This document shows, in pieces, positions 17,523 to 28,038 of a stretch of 64,000 nt of DNA. Source of the stretch: Candidatus Fermentibacteraceae bacterium (GTDB lineage Bacteria > Fermentibacterota > Fermentibacteria > Fermentibacterales > JCC-6); assembly GCA_041750285.1 (NCBI GenBank), contig JBGSZS010000018.1, forward strand, positions 306,329 to 370,328, read 5' to 3'. The notes beneath the pieces are model-generated. The model worked only from the letters and a program-made list of their open reading frames with translations. It was not told the origin of the DNA and ran no database searches. Every line of letters begins with the position of its first letter. Position 1 is the first letter of the stretch. The position numbers were made by a program, and so were the translations under genes.

Positions 17523-18850
17523 AAACCTGCGCATTGCTCCTGCTGCTTGTGTCCCCGGGCGCCAGGGGTTGGACTGTATGCCTCGACCCCGGCCACGGGG
17601 GGACGGACCCCGGTGCAGGCGGCTTGTACTGCCTTGAAAAGGATGTGAACCTCGAGGTTGCCTTCCTTGCGAGAAGCTTCCTCGAAGCGGTGCCCGAGTG
17701 CGAATGGGTGGGAATGACCCGGACCGGCGACTACACGGTCTCTCTGGCCAACCGCGTGTCGTATGCGAACCAGAACGGGTTCGACAGGTTCATGTCGGTC
17801 CACGAGAACGCCTTCAACACACAGACGCAGGGCACCGAGACCTTCTGCGAGACCCCCGTTCCGGGAAACCAGGGCTACGACCTCGCATCCAAAGCGCTTG
17901 ACGGCATACTCTGGGCCCACGGCTACCCCGACCGCGGCGTCAAGGACGGCAGCTGGATCTATGTTATCGCGAACACCACCATGCCCGCCATACTCGGGGA
18001 GGGATCCTTCATCGACTATGACGGCGCCTGGAACGAATCCTACAGGTATTTCACGAACTGGAACGACCACAAGGGAAGGCAGGGATGGGCCTACGCCCAG
18101 GCCATCTGCCTTCACCTGGGCTCGACTCCACCGCCGTACAGCCCTCAGGGCTTCGTTGTCGACAACCTTTCCGCCGGTTTCTCGGTCAACCAGGGCAGCC
18201 AGTGGAACACCGGCAACTACGGAGCGCCATGGGGACCTGACTACAGATGGAGCACGACATCGAACGGGTCGGACTGGGCAAGGTGGACGCCCGACCTTCC
18301 GCAGGCGGGCTGGCATGACGTGTCGGTGTGGTACACCGACGGAACGAACCGGGCACCAGATGCGGTTTACACGGTGCATCACCAGAACGGGGAAACCCAG
18401 TTCACGGTCGACCAGACACAGGACGGCGGACAGTGGAACCTTCTGGGCAGCTTTTTCTTCAACGGGGGAACCGGCGGCTGGGTGGCACTCAGCGAGGAAG
18501 GGACAACTCCCGGCAGGGTTGTCATTGCCGATGCGGTCCGGTTCGAGCCAGGACTTACGGGTATCGAAGACGGAGGTGAAACCCCCGTTCAGCAGGTGCC
18601 TGTGCTCACAGTTTCGCCGAACCCGGGGAAAGCATTCACAGTCAGCGTCGAACTTCCGGACGGGTGTACGGAGGGCGTGAATGTCTACGACATGATGGGG
18701 CGCCTGGTGGAAACACTTTTCACGCCTGACGGTTCACCGGGAGTGCATGTCTTTCACTGGCTCCCCTCAGAACTTCCGGCGGGAGTGTACACGCTGTCGG
18801 TCATTGCGGGTTCGGACCGTTTCTCGCAGAGGGTGATGCTTCTGCCCTGA
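17519..18850 (+). CDS. N-acetylmuramoyl-L-alanine amidase (Amidase_3) with golvesin-like domain and T9SS-like CTD
   Basis: LDPGHGG.DPGA, EKDVNL, SVHEN, MPAILGE; IADAVRF; SPNP...YDMMGRLV...LPAGVY. Confidence 0.9.
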   Translation: MKTCALLLLLVSPGARGWTVCLDPGHGGTDPGAGGLYCLEKDVNLEVAFLARSFLEAVPECEWVGMTRTGDYTVSLANRVSYANQNGFDRFMSVHENAFNTQTQGTETFCETPVPGNQGYDLASKALDGILWAHGYPDRGVKDGSWIYVIANTTMPAILGEGSFIDYDGAWNESYRYFTNWNDHKGRQGWAYAQAICLHLGSTPPPYSPQGFVVDNLSAGFSVNQGSQWNTGNYGAPWGPDYRWSTTSNGSDWARWTPDLPQAGWHDVSVWYTDGTNRAPDAVYTVHHQNGETQFTVDQTQDGGQWNLLGSFFFNGGTGGWVALSEEGTTPGRVVIADAVRFEPGLTGIEDGGETPVQQVPVLTVSPNPGKAFTVSVELPDGCTEGVNVYDMMGRLVETLFTPDGSPGVHVFHWLPSELPAGVYTLSVIAGSDRFSQRVMLLP

Positions 18851-18892
18851 GCCCTGTTGCCTTCGATGTTCATGGTCAAGCGGACGACAGCG

Positions 18893-19606
18893 TCACCCTG
18901 ATGGAGCCTCAAAGGAAAGAACGCTTCGGGAGGGTATCCCCATCGGAACCCCCCAGGGGTCAGCCCTGTAGAATCCCTGATAGCTTCTTGCGGCCTCTTC
19001 GGATCCCTTCCGCCAGGGTATGAACCGGGTTTCGGTCGATCTCCCCGTCAGGCGCCTGAGAAGGATGCCCCTCGAAAGGTCGCACCACCTGGAGATGGCC
19101 TCCATGTCAAGGCTGAACCTCATCACTGCTATCCGCCTCAGGTCGCTTTCCAGAGAATCCCCCGACTCGTCGATGTCGGACAGGATCTCCCTGACCTCGT
19201 TCAACTGCTCCTGAATCCTGTGCTTGTAGTTCTCGAGATGGCTCATGAGGGTTTCAAGCCCGAGGCTCGTTCCGAAACGGAGCTTCATGAGCAGCTCCAC
19301 CCTGAAACGGGAGAGGCCAGCGGGCTGACTGAGCCAGGCGTCGAGTTCCTCCCGTCCCTTCCCGGTCAGGCTGTACAGAACCCTCTTCTTCTTTTTCGTG
19401 TAGGCGTCGGTCTTCTCCAGAAGACCATCCTGATTCAGCTGCCTGAGCATTGGGTAGATGTTCCCGCTGGACTCGCGCCAGTAGTACATCTCCCTGTCGT
19501 CCAGCGTCTTCCTTACATCGTATCCCGACATGGGGCCCTGGCTGAGAATTGCCAGCAGACCGTACATGGACTGTGTGTATTCAGGGTCCTTTTTTCGCAT
19601 TGCCAT
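18893..19606 (-). CDS. PadR-family transcriptional regulator
   Basis: SGYDV, W.ES.GNIYP.L, YSLTGKG. Confidence 0.9.
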   Translation of the reverse strand: MAMRKKDPEYTQSMYGLLAILSQGPMSGYDVRKTLDDREMYYWRESSGNIYPMLRQLNQDGLLEKTDAYTKKKKRVLYSLTGKGREELDAWLSQPAGLSRFRVELLMKLRFGTSLGLETLMSHLENYKHRIQEQLNEVREILSDIDESGDSLESDLRRIAVMRFSLDMEAISRWCDLSRGILLRRLTGRSTETRFIPWRKGSEEAARSYQGFYRADPWGVPMGIPSRSVLSFEAPSG

Positions 19607-19730
19607 ACCTGTCCCTCCCTGGCGGTATCCTCTGGAAGCATGGGGGAATTTTTCCATCTTGACAATCTATCTTTTAGCACTATTATGATGCAAGTCCACG
19701 AAAAAGCAAACAACGAAGAAGGAGGATGCA

Positions 19731-21548
19731 ATGCTCTTCACAGTGGCGTTCATCACTTTGTTCTCCCTTCCCGGTGCGTTGCCCATGTACGATCAAAGCC
19801 AGTCCGACTGGTCAGGGGGAGGCTGCTCCGCCGGACCGGTTCCCGTCTGGGGAAGCGAATTCCTCGGAAGCATGGGTACCGACTGGTTCGGCACGCCCGG
19901 TCAACTGTCCCTTGTCCCGATCAGTGCCGTTGCCGAAGTCATGACGGACGATTTGGGAAACCCTGCCTGCATGGATGCCGCCGACCTTGACGGCGACGGT
20001 GACATCGATGTCGTCTGTTCGGGATTCGAGGCAGACCTTCTGATCTGGCTTGAGAACACTGGCGGAGCCGGATGGCTCTCCCACGTCGTGGACCAGAACC
20101 TTCCGGGATGCTGTGCGACAAAGGTATGGGACATGGACGAAGACGGGCACCCCGACATCATAAACGCCGCCGAGGCATCGGGCGCCGTTTCATGGTACCG
20201 CAACAACGGCTCAGGCGGCGGATGGCAGAAGCATGTCATAAGCGCCGGAGGGGGCAGCCCCTTCAGCCTCCAGGTGCGTGACTACGATGAAGACGGCGAT
20301 CCTGACGTCTGTGCCGCCCTTTACGGGTCGGGCAGGATCGTTATGTGGGAAAACGCCGACGGGGCGGGGACCACATGGACACTGCGAACGGTAAAATCAG
20401 GTTTCCCGGGCGCATGGTGGGTGGAGAGCGCCGACTTCGACCAGGACGGCGACTGGGACATTATCGCCTGCAGGTACGCCGGCGAGCTGTGCTGGTTCGA
20501 GAACAACGGCATGACCGGCGTCTGGGAGCAGCACCCCATAGCATCGGGATTGTCGGGACTTGTGAATTTCGCCGCGGGGGATATGGATTCTGACGGCGAC
20601 ATTGACATCGCCAGCGCTTCCATGACTCCCGGCAGGATTTGTCTTCACGAGAATCAGGGGATGGGTATGGCGTGGGTTTCCCTCGATATGGACATCGACC
20701 TTGCCGGCCCGTGGTCATGCTGCGCGGCCGACCTCGACGGAGACGGAGACCTCGACGTCATCGCCAACGATCGAACCGCGGGTTTCGTCCACTGGTACTC
20801 GAATGCCGCGGGGGACGGCAGCGAATGGGTCCGCTGCCTTCTCGGAGACGGATACGCACTTCCAAACGATGTCATAGCAGCCGATCTGGACGGAGACGGG
20901 ATGGACGATCCCGTGGGGTCGATTGCCAACGACAACTCGGTACTCTGGTGGAAACTCACTGAAAGCCAGGCGACGCAGGGTTCCCTGACGAGTTCGATCC
21001 TCGACGCGGGGGAGGATGCCGCATGGGGTGTCATCACATGGGAGTGCGCGCTGCCCGGATCATCCGGCCTGGTCATGGAGGTCAGGGCAGGTCAGAATCC
21101 CGGCAATCTGGGCCCCTGGCAGACCGTTGCATACTCGGGGGACGATCTTTCGACGATCATTCCCGACCCCGTGCGATACTTTCAGTACCGGGTGACTCTG
21201 ATTTCTTTCAATCCGGACGAATCCCCCGTATTCTCCGAGGTAACGCTCAACGCAGATCTCATGGGTGTCGAATCCGGCGGTTCCACGGAATCCCCCGGAT
21301 TGTGGGCACCCTCCCCGTGCAGCCCCGGGGCGGTTCCCGTTCACGTCAGCCTCGCCCGGGAATCAGCCGCGTCCATTCGAGTCTATGACTTCGCGGGCAG
21401 GATCGTCACCGAGATGTTCAGGGGCGAACTTCCTGCGGGAAACCGCTGCCTTACATGGAATTGCGCAGCGCTTCCCCCGGGCGTCTACACTGTCGTGCTC
21501 ACGGTTCCTCAGAGATGCGCCGTTGCGAACATTGTGCTCCTGAGGTAG
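19731..21548 (+). CDS. FG-GAP/VCBS repeat secreted protein with T9SS-like CTD
   Basis: Seven DxDxDGxxD Ca-binding repeats; C-terminal YDFAGRIV...LPPGVY. Confidence 0.88.
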   Translation: MLFTVAFITLFSLPGALPMYDQSQSDWSGGGCSAGPVPVWGSEFLGSMGTDWFGTPGQLSLVPISAVAEVMTDDLGNPACMDAADLDGDGDIDVVCSGFEADLLIWLENTGGAGWLSHVVDQNLPGCCATKVWDMDEDGHPDIINAAEASGAVSWYRNNGSGGGWQKHVISAGGGSPFSLQVRDYDEDGDPDVCAALYGSGRIVMWENADGAGTTWTLRTVKSGFPGAWWVESADFDQDGDWDIIACRYAGELCWFENNGMTGVWEQHPIASGLSGLVNFAAGDMDSDGDIDIASASMTPGRICLHENQGMGMAWVSLDMDIDLAGPWSCCAADLDGDGDLDVIANDRTAGFVHWYSNAAGDGSEWVRCLLGDGYALPNDVIAADLDGDGMDDPVGSIANDNSVLWWKLTESQATQGSLTSSILDAGEDAAWGVITWECALPGSSGLVMEVRAGQNPGNLGPWQTVAYSGDDLSTIIPDPVRYFQYRVTLISFNPDESPVFSEVTLNADLMGVESGGSTESPGLWAPSPCSPGAVPVHVSLARESAASIRVYDFAGRIVTEMFRGELPAGNRCLTWNCAALPPGVYTVVLTVPQRCAVANIVLLR

Positions 21549-21567
21549 CTCAAGAATGGAGTGAAGA

Positions 21568-22533
21568 ATGAAAACGCCGATATGTCTTGTGGCTTTGTCA
21601 TTCACGGCAAGCTCATCACTGGCATGGCAACCTCCCGTGAACGCCGGCGAGCCGGTGAACACCAATCACAACGAGTGGTACCCCGTACTTGCCGGGGACG
21701 GGTCGTACATGATCTTCGTCTCGGACAGACCGGGCGGATTGGGAGACGCCGACCTCTGGATAACCTTCCTTGAGGATGGCGTCTGGGGGGAGCCTGAGAA
21801 CATGGGCTCAAATGTGAACACGCCGTTCGGTGAGTCGGCCCCATTCCTTGCCGAAGATGACACGAAGCTCTACTTCCTTTCAGCCGACCCAGCCGGCTTC
21901 GGCGGCGGCGACATCTGGTTCTGTCCCATCTCGGGCGGTATTCCCGGACCTCGCGAGAATCTGGGAACTCCTATCAACAGCCCGGTCCTGGAGTGCTGCC
22001 CTCTTCCTTCGCCTGACGGAAGCCGTTTCTACTTCTGCTCAACAAGGAGCGGAGGCGCGGGGGGCGTCGATGTTTGGATATCGGAAAGATCGGGGGGCGT
22101 CTGGGGTGAACCGTACAATGCCGGCTCGAGGGTCAACGGCACCGGAACCGACTGTCCCAGATGGATTTCAGACGGGGGGGACACTGTTCTTCTCTGTTCG
22201 ACAGGGCCGGGGGGTTACGGAGGAGCGGACATGTACTCGGTGTACGCGGAAGGAGACAGTCTGGGAGTTCCCGAAAACCTGGGCCCAGAACTGAACAGCC
22301 CTGCGGCGGAGTGGGGAGCCTGGTTCCTGGACAACGAGGGGGGGATCGGAGGGATGATCCTTTTCGGATCGGGCAGAGCTGGAGGCCTTGGTGGTCTGGA
22401 CATATGGTTCAGCACCCAGACCGGGGAGTTCGGTACTGCATCATGGGGTGAGGTGAAGTCACTCTTCGCTTTCCGTGAACTGGAAGGCCGAAGCGAGAGC
22501 TCTGTCACCTGCCGGACAGGGATGATGCCGTAA
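21568..22533 (+). CDS. PD40/WD40-like repeat secreted protein
   Basis: S.R.GG.G..DIW and P.NLG..IN repeats; near-terminal SWGEVKSLF. Confidence 0.82.
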   Translation: MKTPICLVALSFTASSSLAWQPPVNAGEPVNTNHNEWYPVLAGDGSYMIFVSDRPGGLGDADLWITFLEDGVWGEPENMGSNVNTPFGESAPFLAEDDTKLYFLSADPAGFGGGDIWFCPISGGIPGPRENLGTPINSPVLECCPLPSPDGSRFYFCSTRSGGAGGVDVWISERSGGVWGEPYNAGSRVNGTGTDCPRWISDGGDTVLLCSTGPGGYGGADMYSVYAEGDSLGVPENLGPELNSPAAEWGAWFLDNEGGIGGMILFGSGRAGGLGGLDIWFSTQTGEFGTASWGEVKSLFAFRELEGRSESSVTCRTGMMP

Positions 22534-23377
22534 CTCCCGTGGAGTCGACCGTCATGTGTTCGCCTCCACCAGAACCAGGCCACGGTGAGAGTTCGCGAGT
22601 GGAGAGATCGAGCGACCACATTTTCTCGTAATCACCCGCAACCGCAATGTAGACATGTCCCTCCGATGGGTCGAAGACCATTGAAGCCCTTGTGGGAAAG
22701 GCGTCGGTTGTGTTCACGGCCGCCTCGAGAACGGCCATGCCTGCGGCCGGCCCCATTACTCCTTCGCAGGCTTCGAGCGCCGCATGCGCGGCGCGAAACC
22801 TGTCGGCTCCCACGCCCCGGATCTGCATGGGGTCTGCGCCCTGCCACTCGCAGTTGCTGAAGTTGGTCATCACCAGAACGTCACCACCGGCCAGATCGAG
22901 AACCCGGTTACCGTTCTCACCCACCTCGATTATGGAGGCGGAGCCGGTGGCGTCGGCCACAAGCACATGAAGCGGGGGGTCGTCGTACTGCCGGAACGGC
23001 GCGGCCACGGCCATGTCCTGTATATCAGCAACGGTTGCGCCGTTGTAGATCATGGCGTAGAAGGGAATGAATATCAGGGGATTGTCCGAGCCGGCGGAAG
23101 GACCTGTCCAGGGAGCATCGATGACCTGCATGGTCGAGAAGCGGCCATCCGCCGTGAACCCCACCGTCGGGACGGGATTCCCGTCGGACATGAAAGACAT
23201 CGTGAATACCGTTCCTCCCCTGCTGTCGCTCTCCAGTCTTAACAGGATGTCCTGTTCCGGGTACCAGTCGAAGTTCATGCCATACCAGGCAGCACCGCAG
23301 CTGTAGTCAACAAAACTCGTGCATGCCTGCGCTGCGCAGCAGAGAACGATCAGAGCGCCGGTCGATAACCTCATCAC
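22505..23377 (-). CDS. Secreted Ntn-hydrolase (linear amide C-N hydrolase/C45-like)
   Basis: Signal peptide ending AQA then nucleophile CT; GMNFDW; H.LVAD..G; TNF. Confidence 0.75.
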   Translation of the reverse strand: MMRLSTGALIVLCCAAQACTSFVDYSCGAAWYGMNFDWYPEQDILLRLESDSRGGTVFTMSFMSDGNPVPTVGFTADGRFSTMQVIDAPWTGPSAGSDNPLIFIPFYAMIYNGATVADIQDMAVAAPFRQYDDPPLHVLVADATGSASIIEVGENGNRVLDLAGGDVLVMTNFSNCEWQGADPMQIRGVGADRFRAAHAALEACEGVMGPAAGMAVLEAAVNTTDAFPTRASMVFDPSEGHVYIAVAGDYEKMWSLDLSTRELSPWPGSGGGEHMTVDSTGVTASSLSGR

Positions 23378-23425
23378 CCCTCCCCTCGATTGATCGGGAG
23401 CAGGCTGGTACGGGCATTTCCCCTC

Positions 23426-24085
23426 TCAGGTGGAACGCTCCGACTCGAAGAACCGTGCGATTTCCTCCGGGGAATCGAAGAAATGGTCGGGGCGGGCCTC
23501 TTCCAGCTCCTCCCGGCTTCCGTATCCGTATGTGACTGCCGCCGTTAATGTACCGTTTTGTCTGCCACCCTCCACGTCGTGGCGGCGGTCGCCCACCATC
23601 ATCGCATGGCGGGGGTTCAGGGCCCTGGTGGAGAGAATGTGGGCCAGAAGCTCGACCTTGTTGGTAAGCCTGCCGTCGAGATGGCTTCCGTGCACCCCGA
23701 GAAAGTGCCTGGAAAAACCGAAATGGTCGAGCACCCTGGAGGCGAACACCGTTGGCTTGCTTGTGGCAAGCAGCAGTGAACGGCCCGTCTCCCTGATCCT
23801 GCTCATGGCGCTGTCGACTCCCGGGTATGGAACGTTCTCGTAGATGCCTGTGGTCACGTACCGCTCCCTGTAAAACTCCACTGCCCTTCCGACGAGTTTC
23901 CCATCGGTGCTGGAAAGGAGCCGGGAGAAGGATTCCGAAAGGGGCGGGCCGATGCACCACAAGAGGTCGTCTGCATCGGGAACCGGCTTGCCAAGCCGCT
24001 CCAATGCATGCTGAACACACCTGGTTATCCCTTCAGCCGGGGCGGTAAGGGTACCGTCAAGGTCTAAAAGGACATGGGTCGTCAT
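23426..24085 (-). CDS. HAD-family phosphatase
   Basis: DLDGTL, ATSKP, MVGDRRHD. Confidence 0.9.
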   Translation of the reverse strand: MTTHVLLDLDGTLTAPAEGITRCVQHALERLGKPVPDADDLLWCIGPPLSESFSRLLSSTDGKLVGRAVEFYRERYVTTGIYENVPYPGVDSAMSRIRETGRSLLLATSKPTVFASRVLDHFGFSRHFLGVHGSHLDGRLTNKVELLAHILSTRALNPRHAMMVGDRRHDVEGGRQNGTLTAAVTYGYGSREELEEARPDHFFDSPEEIARFFESERST

Positions 24086-24588
24086 CGGGAGGGGGCACCG
24101 CTCTTCCCCGAAGGCTTCACGAACTCCCCGAGCTTTTCGAGAACAGCTGCGGCATGGCCGGCTGCCCTGACGTTCGGCCAGACATGGGCGACCCTGCCGT
24201 CTGGTGAGATAAGAAAAGTGGAACGGACGGTCCCCATCAGCTCCCGTCCGTACATCCTCTTCATCCGCCACGCCCCGTAGGCTTCGTGCAGAAGGCGTCC
24301 GGGATCACTGAGGAGCGTGATGGAAAGATCCTGCTTCTGTTCAAACCTCTTGTGGGACTCGATGGAATCACGGCTTACCCCCGCAATCACGGCCCCGAGC
24401 AGGGTAAAGCTTTCCTTGAGCCCCGAGAATTCCCTCGCCTCGAGAGTGCATCCGCCGGTGCCGTCTTTCGGGTAGAAGTAGAGAACCAGCCACTTTCCCC
24501 CGTAGTCGCGGGGGGAGAACTCCCTTCCGTTCTGGTCCGGCGCGCTCACAGCCGGCGCAATGGCGCCCTTCTCCGGCAGTGTGTCCAT
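24082..24588 (-). CDS. bcp: Peroxiredoxin BCP/PrxQ
   Basis: LYFYPKDGTGGCT, GVSRD, RSTFLI. Confidence 0.9.
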   Translation of the reverse strand: MDTLPEKGAIAPAVSAPDQNGREFSPRDYGGKWLVLYFYPKDGTGGCTLEAREFSGLKESFTLLGAVIAGVSRDSIESHKRFEQKQDLSITLLSDPGRLLHEAYGAWRMKRMYGRELMGTVRSTFLISPDGRVAHVWPNVRAAGHAAAVLEKLGEFVKPSGKSGAPSR

Positions 24589-24637
24589 CAGTGTTCTCCT
24601 TTTCGTCCACAGGGCGGACCGGCTCAGGCGGGAGCTT

Positions 24638-24979
24638 TCAAAGCCTGTCCTCATAGATCTGAGCAGCCCTCAGAACGTCCTGTCTGGGACCCGTCACAAC
24701 GAGGACCAGTGTATCGGAACTGACTATGCTGGCCCCGGAAGATGTCCGCTGCCCGGCATGGATCTCGTATTCGACAGCGATCCAGGGGTTTCGCCCATTT
24801 TCAACGACATACCTCACGACCAACTCGTCCCATTCGTACCCCCATTCCGAAAAGAACAGGATAACTTCCTCGTGATACGTAAGGGCCTTGTAAAGGAATG
24901 CCGCTGACAGGACCACCCCGATACCGGCGACAAGGGTCGATACTGCCCTCAGAACCGATTTCGCCGGGGATGTTTTCAT
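24638..24979 (-). CDS. Hypothetical membrane-anchored protein
   Basis: GGGAGG RBS; N-terminal TM helix. Confidence 0.55.
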   Translation of the reverse strand: MKTSPAKSVLRAVSTLVAGIGVVLSAAFLYKALTYHEEVILFFSEWGYEWDELVVRYVVENGRNPWIAVEYEIHAGQRTSSGASIVSSDTLVLVVTGPRQDVLRAAQIYEDRL

Positions 24980-25057
24980 GCGAAACGCCCTCCCTCAAGG
25001 GATACAATAGGCAATTCGAGCCCGGCCACGGTAACGGCGGCCGCAGAGGAATGGGAA

Positions 25058-25888
25058 CTAGAAGCCGAAGAACTTCCCCATGAGCCTTATCGCCATGTCG
25101 CGCCCCAGCAGCTTGAGCGCCCAGTTCGCCTTCCGGGCGTTGCCCCCCACAACGTAACAGAACCGGGGTCTGTCCTTTGAAAGGACTCTGGAGATGACCC
25201 GTGCAACCTGCTCAGGGGGTATTCCGTGCCTGCTGTCTATCTTCTCCACGACCCTTGCGTAGCGGGTGTCGGTGTATGAATCCCCCGTTGCGAGGTAGGT
25301 GTTACCTGTCTCATTGAAGCCCGTGTTCACATTTCCGGGATGGATGACTGAGACCCGTATCCGCCTGTGTTTCATCTCGATGGCGAGAGACTCGTAAAAT
25401 CCCTCAAGTCCGCGCTTTGAGGCAGAGTACATCGACGACATGGGCACCCCCACGCACGCAGCGATGGAGCTCACACCGATGATCGAGCCGCCGTCGTTGA
25501 CAAGGGGAAGGAAGTCCCTCACGAGTTTGATGTGGGAGGCCAGGTTCACGTCGAGAACCCTGTCCACGAGCTCATCGGAAAGGTGCTGGACCGGGTGGGT
25601 GCTGTGAACCCCTGCTGTTATCACAAGTCCGTTCAGGCTTCGGCCCTTTTCCGCCATGGCACAAGCCAGACCGGAAACTGAGCTTCTGTCTGTCATGTCG
25701 AGCCTTATGGTTTCCAGCAGCCCTTCTCCATCATTCGGTATGGTCTCCAGAAGAGCTCCGTTGCGGTCGACAGCCAACACCTCCAGGCCCCTGCTAAGAA
25801 GGATCGGAGTCAGGGCCCGGCCTATACCGCTGGCGGCTCCCACGATCATAAGGCTTCTTCCCGGGGCGATATCCCCATTCCCGGTCAT
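25058..25888 (-). CDS. Short-chain dehydrogenase/reductase
   Basis: GAASGIG, SS, YSASK, PG.V.T. Confidence 0.92.
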   Translation of the reverse strand: MTGNGDIAPGRSLMIVGAASGIGRALTPILLSRGLEVLAVDRNGALLETIPNDGEGLLETIRLDMTDRSSVSGLACAMAEKGRSLNGLVITAGVHSTHPVQHLSDELVDRVLDVNLASHIKLVRDFLPLVNDGGSIIGVSSIAACVGVPMSSMYSASKRGLEGFYESLAIEMKHRRIRVSVIHPGNVNTGFNETGNTYLATGDSYTDTRYARVVEKIDSRHGIPPEQVARVISRVLSKDRPRFCYVVGGNARKANWALKLLGRDMAIRLMGKFFGF

Positions 25889-26036
25889 TGGGGCTGAAGC
25901 AGCGGACAATGCCAACCTCCCGTGCAAACGTACCGATTCCCATGAAGGCGGGTTTCCTGCTTATAGTATAAGAATGAAGCCGGTGTGCTCAAAGCACGAG
26001 CCTGCGCCAGGCACCCCATGAAAGGGACGGGGTTCA

Positions 26037-26810
26037 ATGATAACGGTCGATTCCGTAACCAAGCGGTTCAAACCCGGGCTGGTTCCCGTAAAAAAGGCCG
26101 GGAAATGCGGGGATCATCTGACTGCGGTGGACAACGTGTCATTCGTCTGCAGGCCGGGACGGGTCTTCTCTCTCCTGGGTCCCAACGGCGCCGGCAAGAC
26201 GACTTTGCTCAGGATGATAGCGACAATGCTGAAACCGAGCTCCGGAAGGATCACGGTCAGCGGCCGTGACACCGTGAAGGAGCAGGAGGATGTCAGAAGG
26301 AGGATCGGCTTCCTTACGGGAACCACCGGCCTTTACGCAAGGCTTACCCCGAACGAGATCATCTCCTACTACGGTGAGCTTCACGGCATCGGCAGGAGGG
26401 AGCTCGAAAAAAGAAGGGAAGAGCTGTTCTTCACCCTGGGCATGGAAGGGTTTGCCAATCGCCGGACAGGCAGCCTGTCATCCGGGATGAGACAGAAGGT
26501 TTCCATTGCGAGAACGATGATACACGACCCCGAAGTGCTTGTCTTCGATGAGCCGACGGTGGGGCTCGATGTCGTAACGTCCAAAGCCATCATGACTCTG
26601 ATCAGGGGATGCCGGGACCGGGGAAGAACGGTGGTGTTCTCCACCCACGTCATGGGAGAGGTGAGCCTTCTCAGCGATGATCTGGCAGTTATTCACAGGG
26701 GCAGGCTGCTCTTCTGTGACACCTTCGGCAGGTTCACCGAGGGGATGAGATCCAGGACCATCGAGGACGAGTTCATAGGAATGATCGAAGCGGCGGAGGC
26801 GCAGGCATGA
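26037..26810 (+). CDS. ABC transporter ATP-binding protein (NatA-like)
   Basis: GPNGAGKT, LSSGM, FDEPT, STH. Confidence 0.92.
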   Translation: MITVDSVTKRFKPGLVPVKKAGKCGDHLTAVDNVSFVCRPGRVFSLLGPNGAGKTTLLRMIATMLKPSSGRITVSGRDTVKEQEDVRRRIGFLTGTTGLYARLTPNEIISYYGELHGIGRRELEKRREELFFTLGMEGFANRRTGSLSSGMRQKVSIARTMIHDPEVLVFDEPTVGLDVVTSKAIMTLIRGCRDRGRTVVFSTHVMGEVSLLSDDLAVIHRGRLLFCDTFGRFTEGMRSRTIEDEFIGMIEAAEAQA

Positions 26811-28006
26811 GGATGATCTCGATTATCTTCAGGAAGGAAATGAAGGACATGCTCCGGGACAGAAGGACCATGTTCTTCATGGTGTTCATGCCCTTCATCG
26901 CCATCTTCCTGGTTTTCAACCTGACGATGCGCATGGGCATGGAAATGGAAAGCAGGGCCAGGGAGAAAGTCATGCGGGTGGCAGTGATATCCCGGTCGCC
27001 CGTACCCGGGTTCATGAGCCTTCTCGAGGGGTCGGGAGAGGTCGAGGTGGCTGAAGCCATCGCGGACAGCGGTGTCACCCCGGCTCTCGAATCGGGTGAG
27101 GTGGACTTCGTGGTGAGATTCACGAACGATTTTGAAAGCATCATGGCCCGCGAAGGTACGGGATCAGTGGATCTCTACTACATGGGATCGGTATCGGAGA
27201 ACGAGGGGGCGCTTCCACGTATCAGGGCGATCATTGAAGGGTATGGTGAATCGCTTCTCCAGCAGCGTCTCGTTAACCGGGGGCTGGCGTCGGATTTCGC
27301 AATGCCATTGAGCATAACTGAAAAGGATGTTTCCTCGGCCCGGGCCAGGATCGGGGAGAGCCTTGGCGGAATGATCCCCTACTTCATCATCCTCTTCTGT
27401 TTCCTGGGAGCCATGTATCCGGCCATCGACCTTGCAGCGGGCGAAAAGGAGAGGGGAACGATCGAAACCCTGCTCATTTCGCCGGCTTCCCGGGGGCAGA
27501 TCGTCGTTGCGAAATGGCTTGTTGTAACTCTGTCGGGCGTGTTCACCGCGGCGGCTTCTTTCACATGGCTCTTTCTGGTTCTCAGATACGGCAGCCCGGT
27601 GCCGGGGGAGATGGTCGCCGGCGTGATGAACATCATCGAACCCGGAAGCATGCTGCTCTTCCTGGCCATGCTCATCCCCCTGTGTGCCTTCTTCGGGGCT
27701 CTGCTACTCTCGGTCTCCATTTTCGCCAGGACCTACAAGGAAGCCCAGAGCATTATCGCACCCCTGAACTTCATCGTGCTGATCCCGCTTCTCATCGGCA
27801 TCTTTCCAGGGGTTGGGCTCAACTGGGCCACCGCGCTGATCCCGCTTCTTAACATCTCGCTGGCAACCAAAGAGATAATAGCGGGAACGATCAACCCGTT
27901 CCACCTCTTGGAGGTGTTTTCGGTGCTGCTCGCCATGGCTGTGGCTGGCCTGTTCTTCTGCACCCGCTGGTTCAGGAGGGAGGAGGTCATCTTCCGGGGG
28001 GCCTAG
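26807..28006 (+). CDS. ABC transporter permease (NatB-like)
   Basis: RKE...RDRRT, AGEKERGTIETLL. Confidence 0.9.
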   Translation: MRMISIIFRKEMKDMLRDRRTMFFMVFMPFIAIFLVFNLTMRMGMEMESRAREKVMRVAVISRSPVPGFMSLLEGSGEVEVAEAIADSGVTPALESGEVDFVVRFTNDFESIMAREGTGSVDLYYMGSVSENEGALPRIRAIIEGYGESLLQQRLVNRGLASDFAMPLSITEKDVSSARARIGESLGGMIPYFIILFCFLGAMYPAIDLAAGEKERGTIETLLISPASRGQIVVAKWLVVTLSGVFTAAASFTWLFLVLRYGSPVPGEMVAGVMNIIEPGSMLLFLAMLIPLCAFFGALLLSVSIFARTYKEAQSIIAPLNFIVLIPLLIGIFPGVGLNWATALIPLLNISLATKEIIAGTINPFHLLEVFSVLLAMAVAGLFFCTRWFRREEVIFRGA

Positions 28007-28038
28007 ACGATCCCTCCTCCTTTGACCGGTTCGTCCGA

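Noticed and set aside
19970..20910. Recurrent GACGGCGAC-like nucleotide repeats
   Set aside because: Coding FG-GAP repeats, not CRISPR; no constant repeat-spacer array seen anywhere in the window
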